Position numbers and translations under genes: made by a program
In this document: one piece after another, positions 40,756 through 52,677 of the stretch
Layout of the letters: each line of letters starts with the position of its first letter
Position numbering within the stretch: position 1 is the first letter of the stretch
Notes under the pieces: generated by a model
What the model saw: only the letters and a program-made list of their open reading frames with translations
Told to the model about the DNA's origin: nothing
Database searches by the model: none
NCBI GenBank assembly: GCA_030704615.1
Contig: CM060733.1
Span: forward strand, 23,436,001 to 23,500,000
Direction of reading: 5' to 3'
Origin: Takakia lepidozioides
Lineage: Eukaryota; Plantae; Bryophyta
DNA length: 64,000 nucleotides

Positions 40756-41690
40756 TGAACGAAAGTTGCGGAATCCTCGAACTGATAGCCAGCAATTACC
40801 GAAAGGGGAATTAAGACAAGCAAACCGAGGTCAACAAGGGTAGCTCCAACCCAAAGGTTGCAGGTGATGCATGCAAAGGATGTAGGGATGAGATGCACCT
40901 TCACTTCGGAAACAGCAACGCCAAGAGGCACTAACCAAAAAAACTGTTTTCAAATACTACAAGAAGCCGTGCTGTTTATGGATAAAAACAAACACTGAAA
41001 ACGACATGAAACCATCCATTATGAAAAGACGGCAACAACCCTGGAGAGCAGTAAACAGGAAGACCACAAATGTCATGAGGTTGTGCTGTGCCAGAAGAGC
41101 ACAACACAAACACTGACACTGCAGAAGATACCTCGCACGAATGCGTGCCAGACATGGTCGTATCCGACAGAACCCTTTATGCCGAATGACCCCATGGCGA
41201 CGGTTACGGTAAAATGCAAACCACAGGGTAGGCAGTACAACACACGTGGATGCATATGTGAAGCATAACAATTATTGCGGATCTGCAAGAACTGCTCGAA
41301 AATGAACTAACATTAGATTTCTACGGCACATCCGAATTTGAAAGAAAGCAAGAAGGCCGCGGTGTATTGGCAGGCAGCGCAGTACATCTGACATATATCG
41401 CTAGTGCATGCAACGGATGTACTTTTTTTCTAGCGCTTTATTGCTTGGATAATACGGAGACGACGGAATGGATGAATTCCGTTCGCACACAATAACAACA
41501 CCCGCATCCAAATATGGTTGACAACGTCCAATTTCGATTTTGGTTACATGCCATAGCAGCACTTGTTACAAACGTCAAACTGGAGAGCTCTAGAGGCATC
41601 GTGGGGAGCCCTTGTTTCCAGCGGAGGAGGAAGAGAAGGAAGTCACTATACTTCACGAGCTCTAGAAACAGGAATAGAGCCAGAGATAGA

Positions 41691-42001
41691 ATGAGGATGG
41701 AAAGAGTGGACGAAGAGGAAAAGGAGGTAGAAGAGGGAGTAGAGGAAAGTGTGGCGATGGAGGAGCAGGAATCAGCAGAAGAACAGCAGCCCGCCATAGT
41801 TCCAAGAACAGATGAAGAGGACACCGCATCTGAGGGAGAGACAGACGAGATGGAAGATGATGTTGAAGGTGGCCTCACGAGGAGTCTGCCTGCGGGAACG
41901 AGGAAGGGGGAGAGGCTCACGTACACGCTCGGCCAGAGAGCAGCCCGAAGCGCAAAGGGTCCCCGGCAATTGGGGAGTCTTCTAGAGCAGCCAAGAAAAA
42001 G
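41691..42001 (+). CDS. Acidic, putative first exon of the ParB-methyltransferase gene
   Basis: E/D-rich ORF divergent from the transposase, ending at donor AAG|GTGAAA. It needs one 1-bp correction to be in phase with the acceptor at 46660. Confidence 0.4.
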
Positions 42002-42097
42002 GTGAAATCTTTAAGACCCACATTTGTGTTTCGTTGCTGATATGAATATAGCCCACACAGGACATCTGCACCAGGCTGAAAGCACCGCAAACTGGAA

Positions 42098-45000
42098 GCC
42101 CAAACAGTGTGCGGCAACGCACACTGTTTGGGCCTACCAATTTGCTTTATTGTTCAGGTGCGAAACGCCCAAACTTGGGCACTACAGCAGGTTCAATACA
42201 ACCCAAATTGCAAGCTCAATCAGTGTGAGTTGAGCTGAACATTTCACTGCTGTTTCCGTCTGGATATCGGTTTTCCAGGATATGTATGTCAGGACGAGAG
42301 AAACCTTCAATGGCAGCTCAAACAGTGTGCGTTGGCGCACACTGTTTGAGCTCTACATGTCACGGTTTTCTCCGTGTTGAATTCGCCCTTTAGGGCACGT
42401 TTCAGATGATGAAATAACCATTCAGTGGCAGCTCAAACAGTGTGCGCCAACGCACACTGTTTGAGCTGAACATGTAAGTGTTTTTTCCGAGTTAAATTCG
42501 GACTTCCAGGGCAGGTTTATGATGATGAAATAACCATTCAGTGGCAGCTCAAACAGTGTGCGTTGGCGCACACTGTTTGAGCTGAACATGAAAGTGTTTT
42601 TTCCGAGTTAAATTCGGACTTCCAGGGCAGGTTTTTGATGATGAAATAACCATTCAGTGGCAGCTCAAACAGTGTGCGTTGGCGCACACTGTTTGAGCTG
42701 AACATGTCACGGTTTTCTCCGATTGAAATTCGGCATTTAGGGCACGTTTCTGAGGATGAAGATTCCCTCACTCGCAGCTCAAACAGTGTGTGTCAACGCA
42801 CACTGTTTGAGCTGTACATGTCACTGTTTTTTTGGCGTTAAATTCGGACTTCCATGGCAGGTTTTTGATGACGAAACAACCATTCAGTGGCAGCTCAAAC
42901 AATGTGCGTTGGCGCACACTGTTTGAGCTCTACATTTCACGGTTTTCTCCAAGTTAAATTCGGACTTCCAGGGCAGGTTTATGATGATGAAATAACCATT
43001 CAGTGGCAGCTCAAACAGTGTGCGTTGGCGCACACTGTTTGAGTTGAACATGTAAGTGTTTTTTCCGATTGCAATTCGGCATTTAGGGCACGTTTCTGAG
43101 GATGAAAGAATTCCTCACTGGCAACTCAAACAGTGTGCGTCAACGCACACTGTTTGAGCTGTACATACTGTTTTTTTGGTGTTAAATTCGGACTTCCATG
43201 GCAGGTTTTTGATGATGAAATAACCATTTAGTGGCAGCTCAAACAGTGTGCACTGGCGCACACTGTTTGAGCTGAACATGTAAGTGTTTTTTCCGATTGA
43301 AATTCGGCATTTAGGGCACGTTTCTGAGGGTGAAAGAATCCCTCACTGGCAGCTCAAACAGTGTGCGTTGGCGCACACTGTTTGAGTTGTACATGTCATT
43401 GTGTTTTTGGTGTTAAATTCGGACTTCCAGGGCATGTTTTTGATGATGAAATAACCATTCAGTGGCAGCTCAAACAGTGTGCTTTGGCGCACACTGTTTG
43501 AGCTGAACATGTAATTGTTTTATCCGATTGAAATTCCGCATTTAGGGCACGTTTCTGAGGATGAAAGAATCCCTCACAGGCAACTCAAACAGTGTGCGTC
43601 AACGTACACTGTTTGAGCTGTACATGTCACTGTTTTTTTGGTGTTAAATTCGGACTTCCATGGCAGGTTTTTGATGATGAAATAACCATTTAGTGGCAGC
43701 TCAAACAATGTGCACTGGCGCACACTGTTTGAGTTGAACATGTAACTGTTTTTTCCGATTGAAATTCGGCATTTAGGGCACGTTTCTGAGGATGAAAGAA
43801 TCCCTCACTGGCAGCTCAAACAGTGTGCGTCAACGCACACTGTTTGAGTTGTACATGTCATTGTTTTTTTGGTGTTAAATTCGGACTTCCAGGGCAGGTT
43901 TTTGATGATGAAATAACCATTCAGTGGCAGCTCAAACAGTGTGCGTTGGCGCACATTGTTTGAGCTGAACATGTAAGTGTTTTTTCCGATTGAAATTCGG
44001 CATTTAGGGCACGTTTCTGAGGATGAAAGAATCGCTCACTGGCAGCTCAGACAGTGTGCGTTGACGTACACTGTTTGAGCTGTACATGTCACTGTTTTTT
44101 TGGTGTTAAATTCTGACTTCCAGGGCAAGTTTTTGATGATGAAATAACCATTCCGTGGCAGCTCAAACAGTGTGCGTTGGCGCACACTGTTTGAGCTGAA
44201 CATGTAAGTGTTTTTTCCGATTGAAATTCGGCATTTAGGGCACGTTTCTGAGGATGAAAGAATCCCTCACTATAACCATTCAGTGGCAGCTCAAACAGTG
44301 TGCGTCAACGCACACTGTTTGAGCTGTACATGTCACAGTTTTTTTGGTGTTAAATTCGGACTTCCAGGGCTGGTTTTTGATGATGAAATAACCATTCAGT
44401 GGCAGCTCAAACAGTGTGCGTTGGCGCACACTGTTTGAGCTGAACATGTAAGTGTTTTTTCCGATTGAAATTAGGGCACGTTTTTTAGGATGAAAGAATC
44501 CCTCACTATAACCATTCAGTGGCAGCTCAAACAGTGTGCGTCAACGCACACTAATTGAGCTGTACATGTCACTGTTTTTTTGGTGTTAAATTCAGACTTC
44601 CAGGGCTGGTTTTTGATGATGAAATAACCATTCAGTGGCAGCTCAAACAGTGTGCGTTGGCGCACACTGTTTGAGCTGTACATCTAAGTGTTTTTTCCGA
44701 TTGCAATTCGGCATTTAGGGAACGTTTCTGAGGATAAAAGAATCCCTCACTGGCAGCTCAGACAGGGTGCGTCAACGCACACTGTTTGAGCTGTACATGT
44801 AACTGTTTTTTCGGTGATAAATTCTGACTTCCAGGGCAAGTTTTTGATGATGAAATAACCATTCCGTGGCAGCTCAAACAGTGTGCGTTGGCGCACACTG
44901 TTTGAGCTGAACATGTAAGTGTTTTTTCGACTGAAATTCGGCATTTAGGGCACGTTTCTGAGGATGAAAGAATCCCTCACTATAACCATTCAGTGGTAGC

Positions 45001-46595
45001 TTAAACAGTGTGCGTTGGCGCACACTGTTTGAGCTGAACATGTAAGTGTTTTTCCGATTGAAATTCGGCATTTAGGGCACGTTTCTGAGGATGAAAGAAT
45101 CCCTCACTGGCAGCTCAAACAGTGTGCGTCAACGCACACTGTTTGAGCTGTACATGTCAATGTTTTTTTGGTATTAAATTCGGACTTCCTGGGCAGGTTT
45201 TGTATGATGAAATAACCATTCAGTGGCAGCTCAAACAGTGTGCGTTGGCGCACACTGTTTGAGTTGTATATGTCATTGTTTTTTTGGTGTTAAATTCGGA
45301 TTTCCAGGGCAGGTTTTAGATGATGAAATAACCATTCAGTGGCAGCTCAAACAGTGTGCGTTGGCGCACACTGTTTGAGCTGAACATGTAAGTGTTTTTT
45401 CGGATTGAAATTCAGCATTTAGGGCACGTTTCTGAGGATGAAAGAATCCCTCACTGGCAGCTCAGACAGTGTGCGTCAACGTACACTGTTTGAGATGTAC
45501 ATGTCACTGTTTTTTTGGTGTTATATTCTGACTTCCAGGGCAAGTTTTTGATGATGAAATAACCACTCCGTGGCAGCTCAAATAGTGTGCGTTGGCGCAC
45601 ATTGTTTGAGCTGAACATGTTAGTGTTTTTTCGATTGAAATTCGGCATTTAGGGCACGTTTCTGAGGATGAAAGAATCCCTCACTATAACCATTCAGTGG
45701 CAGCTCAAATAGTGTGCGTTGGCGCACACTGTTTGAGCTGAATATGTAAGTGTTTTTCCCGATTGAAATTCGGCATTTTGGGCACGTTTCTGAGGATGAA
45801 AGAATCCTTCACTGGCAGCTCAAACAGTGTGCGTCAACGCACACTGTTTGAGCTGTACATGTCACTGTTTTTTTGGTGTTAAATTCGGACTTCCAGGGCA
45901 GGTTTTTGATGATGAAATAACCATTCAGTGGCAGCTCAAACAGCGTGCGTTGGCGCACACTGTTTGAGCTGAACATGTAAGTGTTTTTTCCGATTGAAAT
46001 TCGGCATTTAGGGCACGTTTCTGAGGATGAAAGAATCCCTCACTGGCAACTCAAACAGTGTACGTCAACGCACACTGTTTGAGCTGTACATGTCACTGTT
46101 TTTTTGGTGTTAAATTCGGACTTCCATGGCAGGTTTTTGATGATGAAATAACCATTTAGTGGCAGCTCAAACAGTGTGCACTGGCGCACACTGTTTGAGC
46201 TGAACATGTAAGTGTTTTTTCCGATTGAAATTCGGCATTTAGGGCACGTTTCTGAGGATGAAAGAATCCCTCACTGGCAGCTCAAACAGTGTGCGTCAAC
46301 GCACAGTGTTTGAGCTGTACATGTCACACTGTTCGAACTCACCTTTTCATTTTTTTCATCCGAAATCGGCCGCATATCTTGGAGTTTACAATGAACACTT
46401 ACGTGGCACAAGTAGATGTTCAATGATCATTTACCTGGCAAGTGAAACAGTGTGCGTCAACGCATACTGTTTGAGCCCACTTTTACATTGTCTTTTTTTG
46501 TGGAATTCGGCAACATAGGACATGTCTGTGAGGGTCAATGTACACTTATCTGGCAGCTTAAAATAGTGTGCGTCAACGCACACTCTTTGAGTCCA
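42098..46595. repeat. Tandem array of ~115-bp units (alternating A/B, ~231-bp dimer), each with a 40-bp palindrome
   Basis: Core CAGCTCAAACAGTGTGCG-(TTGG/TCAA)-CGCACACTGTTTGAGCTG. About 35 good copies counted by eye, plus degenerate edge copies. Confidence 0.97.
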
Positions 46596-46660
46596 TTTTT
46601 TCATGCCTTAGCCGACGTTTCATGCCTCTCTAATATCAAGTTGAATGAACAACCCTGCAG

Positions 46661-49600
46661 GAGAAGATGCAAAGTGTGGCAGATGAGGTCCCTTCGGGTC
46701 AGGAGAAGGAGATAATTGTTGATGTGGACGATGAGTTCTATGAAAGCAAAGCCGCTGAGATGCTGGGGGGTCAGAAGGTAATCTCTCAGCTTGTGGTGCA
46801 AAGTATGCTTGCCCCGGGTGGGAGGTTGAAGATTCCCCTGTGTAGGTTGGTTTCCATGCCCGTCGTTCGTACACCTCTCGTCAAGGACATTCTCAAGCTG
46901 GAGGCCGAGTTTGTGCATGGGTATTTGGATGGATCCGCAGTCTTTTACGTTTCTTCTAGGGATTCCAAAGGTAATGAGCTCCTCGTGGATGAGTCAATCG
47001 TGGACTCCTGGGACCCCATTTGGAGACAGCTGAACGAATCCTTCGAACTTCTTCTCTCCAGGAAACCTTCCACCCAGGCATTCTCAGGAAAGATGTTTCA
47101 CGTTTGGGATGGGAACCACCGCTTGCTTGCATGGATGGCTGTCATTGGGAGGCTGCACTCACAGGAGGAAGAGTGGCATTACTCTATTCGATCGATGGTG
47201 CTGGATTGTGACGGGAACATGATGGGTCTTCTGACGGCAATGAATGATGTGAACAGGTTGGTTTCTCATTCTACATGTTCCACTTGTGGTTCCGTTCTTC
47301 TTTGATTGAAGACCTTGAATTTCATTCTGACTTACAGATATCATTCTGCAGAGGAACGGAGACATCGCATGTCAAAACGAGTTTGGTTCACACACTGTAT
47401 AGGATACAAAGGATAGGGCAGATGCCCTTGACCAACTTCAAGACCATCCTTTCAGCGGAGATGTACAAGAAGTGCGAAAGCTCCAAGACATCGGAAACAT
47501 GGTACTCGTTGACCCGTGAGGCTTTCATGGAGTACATGTACACGGTGAGATACATCTTCCTTCATCTGGTCTTCCATATTCCACATGTTTGTTTCTGTTT
47601 GTTTCCCTTGACCTTGTGCTGATGCAACTCTCTTGCATTCCCTTGCAGCAAGACATTGCAGATGCAGGGGAGCGTGACAAACTGGAATACTACAGCTCTA
47701 CCCCTGAGGAGAGAAGGACAACAAATGGGGTTGAGAGTCGCATCCAGAAAGAGATGACCGCTACAAGAATGACTATAATGAGTGCTTTCGTGAAGCAGTT
47801 GAGAATCGCCGACCCATCATTCGGACCGCAGTTTCTCTTGGAGATAAAAAACCATTATAACAAGCCAGGCAAGCCAGAAATGGCCCAGGAGAAGTTGCAC
47901 AGGTTGTCTACCGCCGTTGTGTCTCCAGAACAAAAGGTGAAGTGGCTGCAGATATGGAACTCCGATCCCACAGTTAGGGATACCCACATGTTCCCAAAGC
48001 CGGAGAAGAGAAGAAGACCCAGCGTGTCATTCCTGTCAGTGACAATGTGCTGGACACCTGGCTTCACAAGGCCACTTACTGGAGCCAGGTGTGATGTCCT
48101 TCCCTGTGTCACTGTCTTTTCTCTTTTCCTGTCCTTATCTTTCTATTGCCTCTTACATTCGTTGTGATTGCTTTTGGGTTCATTCTTGCATTTGTATTGT
48201 TTTGCAGTTGGAAGAAAGGGCCAGATCGGTTCTGCATACTCAACTGGCTGACTATGGCATCAGTATGATAGCACCGAAGGTGTCCTTCGAAGCATACATG
48301 AGGAAATGGAGAGCCACAGTGTGGCACTCTTGTTTCTTTAGAGAGTTCAGCAAGGAGGGTGGCATCAGTCGAACAAATGAGCTAGACCAGCAAGAAAAAG
48401 GAGAGGAAGCCTGGAAACGATGCCTTTACAGGTGCACACTCTTGCACTACTTATTTGTGCTGTGGTTGCAATGTGTTGTGTGGCATACTGTTGAAGGGGG
48501 TCTTCCTGGTGTGATGGAAAAGTTGCCACACAATATTACCATTGTAAAATGAGGCTGTCTCTGTTGCTGCAGGTACATAAAGTTTGTTCTCCTGGAAGAG
48601 AATTGCCTGGACAAACATCCAGATTTCGTGGACCTGTGGCTTGTCCCTGCTGGCAACCACACCATGTTTACTACTGGGATCTTGCATGACTGGGGCCAGA
48701 CCATCTTTCTTCTTGTGGTTGGTATTTGGATTGCCCTCCTTCTGAGACCCCAGCTCCAGAGGTGTCTTTGAGGAGAGAGAATGACCGTATTGCAGCCACT
48801 GCCGCAGCAGCCGACCTCGACATTCATGAACGAAATTTGAGGACTCTTGCAGAGAAGGAGCCTCCCGCTCAGGATACCCCAGGTAGAGGAAGAAAGGCAA
48901 AGGGAAAAGATGTTGCTGGTGTTGTGGGGAAGGGAAGGGGTAGAGGGAAGGTGGCACAAGGGCAGGGAAGTGTTGCAGATATTGGCCCTGTGGAGCATGT
49001 CCAGCAGACTCCACCGCATGGTAGGGGATCCGGGAGAAAAAACAAGGGGTGGTTGATCCCAAGGACCCGTACCATGCAGTGGAACATCCCACGAGGGTCA
49101 TTCGCCCAACCAGGTTGGAGATGGCCAACGTCGGGTTCCTTGCCATGATGGAGTCGAAGAAATCTGATTACAAGGGCGAGCCATCACCAGTGTGGGACAG
49201 GATTGTGGAGTTCCTCAGCACGGCGCGTGTTCTCTTTGGGTTTTGTGGCTTCTGTTGTCTTTGTCTGCTGTGGGCATGGATCGTTTCTAAACTTGTGAGA
49301 ATTCCATTGTATTTTTGTTTGCAGGCTAAAATGACCAAATCCTGGGTGAACGGGAAGGAGAAGCCATATGCAGCCGAACTCATCATCTTGGACATCCCTG
49401 ATGGGTTGGCAGTCCCGGATATCCCTCCATCGGGTGCTTGTCCGGGTTGGAATGCTTTTGATGAGCGCTACTGGCGGTGGGTTTTCTCCTTTTGCAACTT
49501 CTTCCTGTCCGATGCAGGTGTTTTGGTGCTCATCCAGTCCATCGACGTTCGGTGTCGCCGTGCACTTTCCAGCTATTTGAAAGCCTCGGGCATGAGAGTC

Positions 49601-50771
49601 GTGAAGACATGGAATTGTGTGAACAGCATGTACCTTACGAAGGGGGATTGTCCGGGAGAGATGGTGAGTTTGCCTTCTTCTTCCTCTTCTTGGTTGTTCT
49701 CGGATGGGGTTGTATAGGTCGCTCGAACTCATATGTAGGGGCCCGATTTTTTTTTGCTTCTTAGTTCCTTGTGGATGTCATGTTCGCAGACTCGTCTGTT
49801 TGAAGCTGTTTGTCTCGTCCGGGTGCATCCACAAACGACTCCGGCCGGCATTACCGAGTTCGCCATCACTCATGGGGCCAAGTTCATAGATGACAGGACA
49901 GATCCTCCCACGGATGACATGCATCACAACTACGTCGACAGCAACGTGTGCTTGCGAAGGGGGAATGGGGTTCCTTGGAGAGGGGCGAGGGAGAGGAGCC
50001 CGGCTTTCATTCAAACGATTGTGGAGTGCTACACCTACACAGACGCCAGAGTTCTGTGGATTTTTCGATGGGCACAGGTTCGTCTCTTCAACATTCACAT
50101 TTCATGAGGTTTGATTGAGCTTGCACTTTCAGCACTTCCCACCATTCCGAATGTGTCTTCAATGTCTGCTTCATTCATTCTATTCCACTGCAGGTGCTTC
50201 TTACCACGCTTGCAAGGCCAGTGCGCGACATCTCTTTGGGATTGAAGGGGATGCTGAGATTTACAAGAACCTCCTGATGGGTTTGGGTGGACACACTTCT
50301 CAAGTCCTTCCGAAGCCCCGTCCCGCTGATACTGATACAGAGGAGACTTCTGACAAGGAGCTGGACTCCGACTTTGCCTGTGAGTAAGTTCAACCTGTGC
50401 ATGCTTGCATTGTTGTTTCAATATCGAGAATCGCTGTTCTTGAGGCAAAGTGCACATGGGAGACATCCTCTTTGTTGGACTTGTGCATTGCATCATTGTG
50501 TTAAAAATGGGGTTTTGTGGACATGTGCAGGAGTCCGCGTGCTTCCACTTGCCCTCCAGGGCTATCACACCTATTTGGACTTGTTTGCAGTCCTCCTCGG
50601 TCTTGCGTGCTACCTGTCTATGCGGAGGCACTCGCAGCAAGCATGTCCGTTCATGGCACTCCGAGTCCACCTTACGACGGCCTTCGTAGAACACGTGGTG
50701 TTGGGGCCAGAATCTTTGTAGATGACATAGCACAGGAGGTGGACACTGATTGTGATGACTGCGACACTTGA
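46661..50771 (+). CDS. Multi-exon gene: ParB/Srx-like domain plus beta-class amino-methyltransferase (N4-C/N6-A) fold; a few apparent frameshifts
   Basis: VWDGNHRLLAW (47108-47122). Motif IV-like ELIILDIPDG (49391), then YWRWVF..FLSDAGVLVL, PWRGARERSPAFIQTIVECYT, motif I-like DFSMGTG, and ASYHACKASARHLFGIEGDAEIY. GT-AG introns, e.g. 47257-47351 and 47545-47648. Confidence 0.75.
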
Positions 50772-51264
50772 TATGAAGTTTTCTTTTGGTTTAATTCTGG
50801 GCCAAATTTGAAATGGGATGGTTGTGTGTCCTTGTTGTCCTATTTGCAATGTGTGCGTGGAATTCACATTCATGGTTACAAACTATTGTTGGAGATGGGG
50901 GTTGCATGGACTGCCTGGATTGTTCCTTCAATCTATTTGGTGTTTTGTGGACCTCACAGACTTGAGTACATTGCGAAAACAAACAAACCACTTTGGTTCG
51001 TGTAGAGCATTCTCGCATCATTTGCTAGTTGGTCCCCAAACTATTCCTGCTAGAAGAATGGTTGGTGAATCCATCACGGTGAAGTCCACCTCATCAAAAA
51101 CTGTTCAGGCATTCTCAATTCTACCCACATCAACCCGCGGAAATAGGTGACACCACTCGGAAATAGGTGACATCCGCGGAAATAGGCACTATTTGCATGC
51201 TGGCGTGGCGTGAGCCTGTGCTGGGCTCACGCTTTCCTGGGCTCACAGGCTCACGCCTCCGGGC

Positions 51265-52640
51265 TCACGGAATAGCACCCCCCTCAATTTCCATGTCCTC
51301 GTGTTCCAATGGCATTGCTGCGACCGTCGCATCCGTCTGCGTGCCTGAGATTGAGCCCTCATAGAGGGAAGCTATCACATCTTTGTACAGTTGGGCATCC
51401 CCCTCAAAGACGAACAGATGCCTTCCCACTGCCTTGCAGGCATGGAACGATGCCCCTGCATGCATAATCCACATAATGAGCAAAGATAGGCGCACCTGCA
51501 ATCTCAAACAACAACAATGAAGGCATAATATTGCGAGAGTGTGAAGGCCCGAACCTGTTCCAAGAGTGAGGTCAACAACTCGGGACCCTTCAACGCTACA
51601 AGACTCGATGACTGTCTGCATGAAGGCAAGACTCTTCTCCCGTGCACCTCTCCACGGCTCTCCGGAAGTCCGCAGCACAATAAGTGAGGCGTCCACGTAG
51701 TTGTAGATGAAATCATCATCCACCGGATCGCAAGACGAGTCAACATGCGTTCCCCCTTTCAGGACCTCGAACTCATTCACGGATGACGATGTCGATGGGT
51801 GGCGTTCTCTTACGAGACAGTGCGCGTCAAAAGCTCGTGTCTACGAAATCAAAACACATGAGTCAGTGGAGCAAGCACCGAGGCAAGAGCAAGGGAATGA
51901 GCAGAGGACACCCTTGCACCATGCTTGCGTCAACGCAAAGATGGAAGAGGAGATTGACAGCGCAAGAGAAAAACAGAGCAATCCAAACACGGGAAACATC
52001 TCCACAAGATTGATTGTAATGGAGGATAAGACATACTTTCTGGCTTGGGAAGTCCCCCTTTGTAAGTGGGAGACTGTTAACTCCATTCCAACTTTTAATC
52101 ACCTTCATCCCACCAGACTTCAGGAAACTAGCCAGTAGTCGTCTGCACTTTGCATTGGCTGCTTGGAGGATGAACAAACACCCATTGTCAGCCAAGAAGT
52201 TCCCACAAAATTTGACGACCCAAGGCCAGTAGCGCTCGTCCCATTCATTCCAAGACGGAGTGATATTTTCGGAGGAAGATCTGGGACTGGAAGCCCGTCT
52301 GGAATGTCCACAACAATGAGCTCGCAGGCAAAGGGTTTCTTCTCTCTGTTCACCCAGGATGGGCCTTTCCCAGCCTTCACAAAAAAAAAAACAATCCCAC
52401 TTATAGGAACTGTGAACACACTGCATAAACTAAATGACAAGGAGGGTGGAATGGAGAGGGAATTTACCAAAGTGAGGAATGAAGATAGTGTCTCCCAAGT
52501 CGGGGACTTCTCCTTCACTGTACCGCCTTTCCTCCTTGATTCCATCATGTCCAAGAAGCTTTCGTTCACTGTCTTCTGCTAGTTCCATCTTGACGCCCGG
52601 AACCGCAGCTTCGGTGGCTCCTGCCTTCACACCTGTTCCC
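51265..52640 (-). pseudogene. Second, diverged copy of the amino-methyltransferase domain (5'-truncated)
   Basis: ELIVVDIPDGL, WDERYWPWVVKFCGNFLADNG, PWRGAREKSLAFMQTVIE, RVVDLTLGTG, GASFHACKAVGRHLFVFEGD. Intron positions match copy 1. Confidence 0.8.
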
Positions 52641-52677
52641 TTAAAAAAAAAAAAAAACCAGCACTTCCACAGCATTC

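Larger units (their letters stand above)
37057..51283. mobile_element. Large Mutator-like (MULE) DNA transposon with methyltransferase cargo and palindrome array
   Basis: Imperfect ~21-bp TIRs: GGGGGATGCTAAACTGTGAGC on the left and GGGGGGTGCTATTCCGTGAGC (reverse complement) on the right. GTGAGC/GCTCAC subterminal repeats cluster at both ends. No TSD seen. Confidence 0.7.

Noticed and set aside
42098-46595. CRISPR array (regularly spaced palindromic repeats)
   Set aside because: The spacers are not unique but alternate between two types, there are no cas genes, and the context is eukaryotic.
46661-50771. Bacterial or phage contamination as the source of the ParB-MTase
   Set aside because: GT-AG introns are shared between two copies, and the gene is contiguous with plant genes and plant TEs.
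37046-51293. Target-site duplication for the MULE-like element
   Set aside because: The flanks ACTACTTCAC and TCAATTTCCA do not match, so the boundaries rest on TIRs and subterminal repeats only.
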